Source of the DNA: Nemertoderma westbladi
Lineage: Eukaryota > Animalia > Xenacoelomorpha
DNA length: 64,000 nt
Direction of reading: 5' to 3'
NCBI GenBank assembly: GCA_032718475.1
Contig: JAUCBJ010002800.1
Location: 74,000-137,999, forward strand
The notes beneath the pieces are model-generated. The model did no database searches. It saw only the letters and a program-made list of their open reading frames with translations, and was not told where the DNA came from. Each line of letters opens with the position of its first letter. Position 1 is the stretch's first letter. A program made the translations under genes and the position numbers. Positions 61,151 to 64,000 of this stretch are shown in pieces.

Positions 61151-63751
61151 TTATTTCTTTTTCTGGTACGCCTTTCGTCTCTTCGCCCGTCGACTCTCAT
61201 CGATCGCTATGGCTGGTAGAGGAGCGTCAACATCCATTGTGAGTAACGCTTCGGCTTGTCTCCTGGCGGCTCTTCCTTTCGAAGGCAACGGTATCATGTC
61301 GGTTCGTCTTTCCAACTCGGAGTTGCGTGCCTCTAGGAACCATTCTCCGTCACCGAACTCCTCTTTATACGAATATAATCGTCTAATAACTTCGAATGGA
61401 CCGAATAATCCGGCGCTCAGTAGCAGATCCACGTAATGGAAGGGTAGCGAGGCCGACGTGTGGAGGCGTTCCGGGAAGGAGAAATATCCGCACGCCATCT
61501 CCTGCGCGATATTCCGAGCGTTTCTCCGAAACTTGGTCTTTAAGTGGCTGTTTGCGTATGTCTCAAACATGACCATATTGCCCATAGCGGTAACGTCTTT
61601 GGTTGGACATTTAATATAGCAGCGGGGGCTAGCGGAATGTCCACGGAAACCGCACGTGGTGCAGAGGTTATAAAGGATCGGACAGACCGAAACGTCGTGG
61701 CCCGATATCGCGCAGTATGGGCAATAGAGTATCCCGAGGAGCTGGAGGCAAGAATCGGTAACCCGATTCCTTCTGCTGCGTGGGCACTGCTCCGAACCGC
61801 AGTCGCCGCATACCTCCAACTGCATCTCTCGACCGGGGAATATCGGAATCGGGACGCCGGCGTAGTATTCGAGTCGTCGGTCGCTCTTCGGAATATTCTC
61901 GGTGGTCGGTAGCCCGCGGAATGCTAGGCTTTTGCGTAGTATGTTCTCGCTTCGATAACCCTCTTTGTGTCCCGCTGGTCTCAACTCGGATGACCGTTTC
62001 TGGCGGTGGATCCATTCAGTTTGCCCGGCGTACCAACGGGTTAGTCGCATAGGGTCCTGAGGAACGGCGGGTGTAGTAGCTACCGCTGGTCGGCGAAGAG
62101 GTGCCGGGGTTTTCGACGGAGGGATACCGAGGAGATCGTCGGGTGTCGGCGCATCGCTGGGGCCTTCCTCGACCAGTATCGCTGAGCGGGTCCGTTGTTG
62201 GCTGGTACTCGGAATCTCCGACGACCAATCTTCGCCGCCCGGGAAAGGATACGGGGATAACCGTTGGCATATGTCGCCGAAGTCGCTCAATGCGGCTGTA
62301 GTGGCTACCTCTCTCGCGGGGCTACCGGAGCCGCGTGGGGTGTAGACGCCTGCTCTCTTCATCGGTTCGGCCGAGGCAACCCGTTTGGCGGCCGGTCCGT
62401 ACGCGGCCTCCGGCTCGAGTTGTCGCTTCGGGGTGGAGAGTAGAACACCCTCGTTTAGCCATATCTCTTCCCCTTCCGAGGAGATCAGAGGCTCCTCCGC
62501 ACCGAGAAGTTCGGTAATCGTAGGGATGTCGTAAGGTCCGCTCTCGTCCCAGGAATCGATAACGGCGGGCGTTTTCGATTCTCCCGGTGTAATGTTCTCG
62601 ACCGCTTTAAACGCGTGGTTTATAACCTCATTCCAGTCGTAGTCGACGAAGGAAAGGGGGACCGCCGTAATAAGGTTATCGAGAGTTTTACAGATAAACT
62701 TAGCGACGGTGTAGCATTCCATAACGACGTAAACGTAGTTCCGTCGATCGGGATTCTCCCATCTTTGGTGTGTCGTCCATTTCCGATCAACGTCCTTCCA
62801 TCGACCCTCTCGCTCGCTCTTTATTTCCAATCCCGGGTATCCACCGTATATTTTATTATAGTCCCGGAATTTCTGGGGTTTGAAGTCGATACCGCCGTTT
62901 AGCACAGCGAGGTAGCCGATCCCGGATTTCGTCGGTCTCACTTCTTGGAATCCTCGCATGAATTCGGCGAATCTTAACCAGGCTAGCAGCGTTTGAGTGT
63001 CGATGCAATGGCTAAGTGCGTTGAGGTCGTTTCGTCGGTTTCTTCCTGCGGGAGCGTTCGCGTAGTCGTTCCGGACGTCCGCCTTGATATCCGACCCGAT
63101 TTTAATGACGTCGAAGTCGAAGAGGATCTTTTGGATTTCCGGAGGCAGCAACCAGATCGCTCCGGCTGCCTGCACTTCCTGTCTGGGTGTCGGGAATATT
63201 CGGCACACCAGTACCAAACCGTCCAGGGTTCCGAGGACGACGACTAAGGATCGACCGTATTCTTTCGCCCCGTACTTTTCCTGGTAGTCGTCGCGGTTTT
63301 GGATAATCGATACGCGTTCCTCTCGAAGCGTCGCCGTACACTCCGACAGGTTTCCCCAGTGGGCGAGGTATGTACTCTTGTCGTCGACGAAACTCTGACA
63401 TCTCGCCAACGTAATCGCCTTCGAGGTGGGCGTCGCGTTTCCCTCGTTGTCGTAGATCAAACATCGGGATCTGTAGACGCTCTGCCGGAACGTTTCCCAA
63501 AACGACGAATCGTCCCCTCCGGTTGCCTTTGCGTTCCGAGTTCTTTTCAGTCTCGTACTAGCATCGGCTAACCGGAGGGCTCGTAGATTCTTAGAATCTG
63601 GTCCCTCTCGCCCGGTGAATTTAATGACTCGCACGTTCTCATTTAGTAGGGTGCTCCAATTCGTATCAAAGTCAGGGGATCTGGGTTGCGAATATTCCAG
63701 TAGATCTACCGTGTTACGTAATTCGCCGATAATTTGGCGATTTGGGTCCAT
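61151..63751 (-). CDS. Extra ORF of element C: DEDDy-like 3'-5' exonuclease + CCHC-type zinc knuckles + basic tail (866 aa, intact)
   Basis: LIYDNEG, LPPEIQKILFDFDVIKIGSDIKADV, CIDTQ and YVVME. Knuckles CPYCAISGHDVSVC and CTTCGFRGHSASPRC. Ends RRAKRRKAYQKKK. Confidence 0.75.
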   Translation of the reverse strand: MDPNRQIIGELRNTVDLLEYSQPRSPDFDTNWSTLLNENVRVIKFTGREGPDSKNLRALRLADASTRLKRTRNAKATGGDDSSFWETFRQSVYRSRCLIYDNEGNATPTSKAITLARCQSFVDDKSTYLAHWGNLSECTATLREERVSIIQNRDDYQEKYGAKEYGRSLVVVLGTLDGLVLVCRIFPTPRQEVQAAGAIWLLPPEIQKILFDFDVIKIGSDIKADVRNDYANAPAGRNRRNDLNALSHCIDTQTLLAWLRFAEFMRGFQEVRPTKSGIGYLAVLNGGIDFKPQKFRDYNKIYGGYPGLEIKSEREGRWKDVDRKWTTHQRWENPDRRNYVYVVMECYTVAKFICKTLDNLITAVPLSFVDYDWNEVINHAFKAVENITPGESKTPAVIDSWDESGPYDIPTITELLGAEEPLISSEGEEIWLNEGVLLSTPKRQLEPEAAYGPAAKRVASAEPMKRAGVYTPRGSGSPAREVATTAALSDFGDICQRLSPYPFPGGEDWSSEIPSTSQQRTRSAILVEEGPSDAPTPDDLLGIPPSKTPAPLRRPAVATTPAVPQDPMRLTRWYAGQTEWIHRQKRSSELRPAGHKEGYRSENILRKSLAFRGLPTTENIPKSDRRLEYYAGVPIPIFPGREMQLEVCGDCGSEQCPRSRRNRVTDSCLQLLGILYCPYCAISGHDVSVCPILYNLCTTCGFRGHSASPRCYIKCPTKDVTAMGNMVMFETYANSHLKTKFRRNARNIAQEMACGYFSFPERLHTSASLPFHYVDLLLSAGLFGPFEVIRRLYSYKEEFGDGEWFLEARNSELERRTDMIPLPSKGRAARRQAEALLTMDVDAPLPAIAIDESRRAKRRKAYQKKK

Positions 63752-64000
63752 ATTTACGATTATATCCGTTACAAATTAGGTCAGTTAATTATAAGTCCAG
63801 AAAGTCTGAAACTATAGCGATAGCAGAATAATTCAGTTTTTTATTTAATTCAGTTTATTCAATAACATTGCTATATAGGCATCTATCATCTTATTGCTAA
63901 TACATTCAGCATTTACAGTTACTATAGCTATACATAATATCCAACCAGTTTTTTATGACTTTTTTGTCCTTTTTTTTCAATTCTTTTCTTTGACCTCTTT

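Larger units (their letters stand above)
59694..64000 (-). mobile_element. 3' end of LTR element C (extra ORF, PPT, LTR); the rest lies beyond the window
   Basis: Same ORF-PPT-LTR order as element A, with a homologous ORF. pol is not in the window, so BEL/Pao membership is inferred. Confidence 0.7.

Overview
Repeat-rich eukaryotic DNA, probably from an animal. Bases 1-20270 are a 30-bp satellite array with kb-scale higher-order duplications; its ORFs are artefacts. Two intronless host genes follow on the minus strand: a TRMT10C/MRPP1-like tRNA methyltransferase and a C7orf25/DUF1308-like gene. Next come two copies of a 5'-truncated RTE-type LINE, several mini- and microsatellites, and a decayed BEL/Pao LTR+gag fragment into which one LINE copy inserted. 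Bases ~37.6-64 kb hold three different BEL/Pao-type LTR retroelements, one nested inside another. The main finding is that each carries a large extra ORF just before its (candidate) 3' LTR, in the env position. The three proteins are highly diverged but share a DnaQ/DEDDy-like 3'-5' exonuclease domain (ExoIII reads YxxxE), clustered CCHC-type zinc knuckles, a conserved post-knuckle motif and a basic tail. I do not recognise this cargo as a described BEL/Pao feature. All domain calls come from motif reading by eye; no database searches were run.
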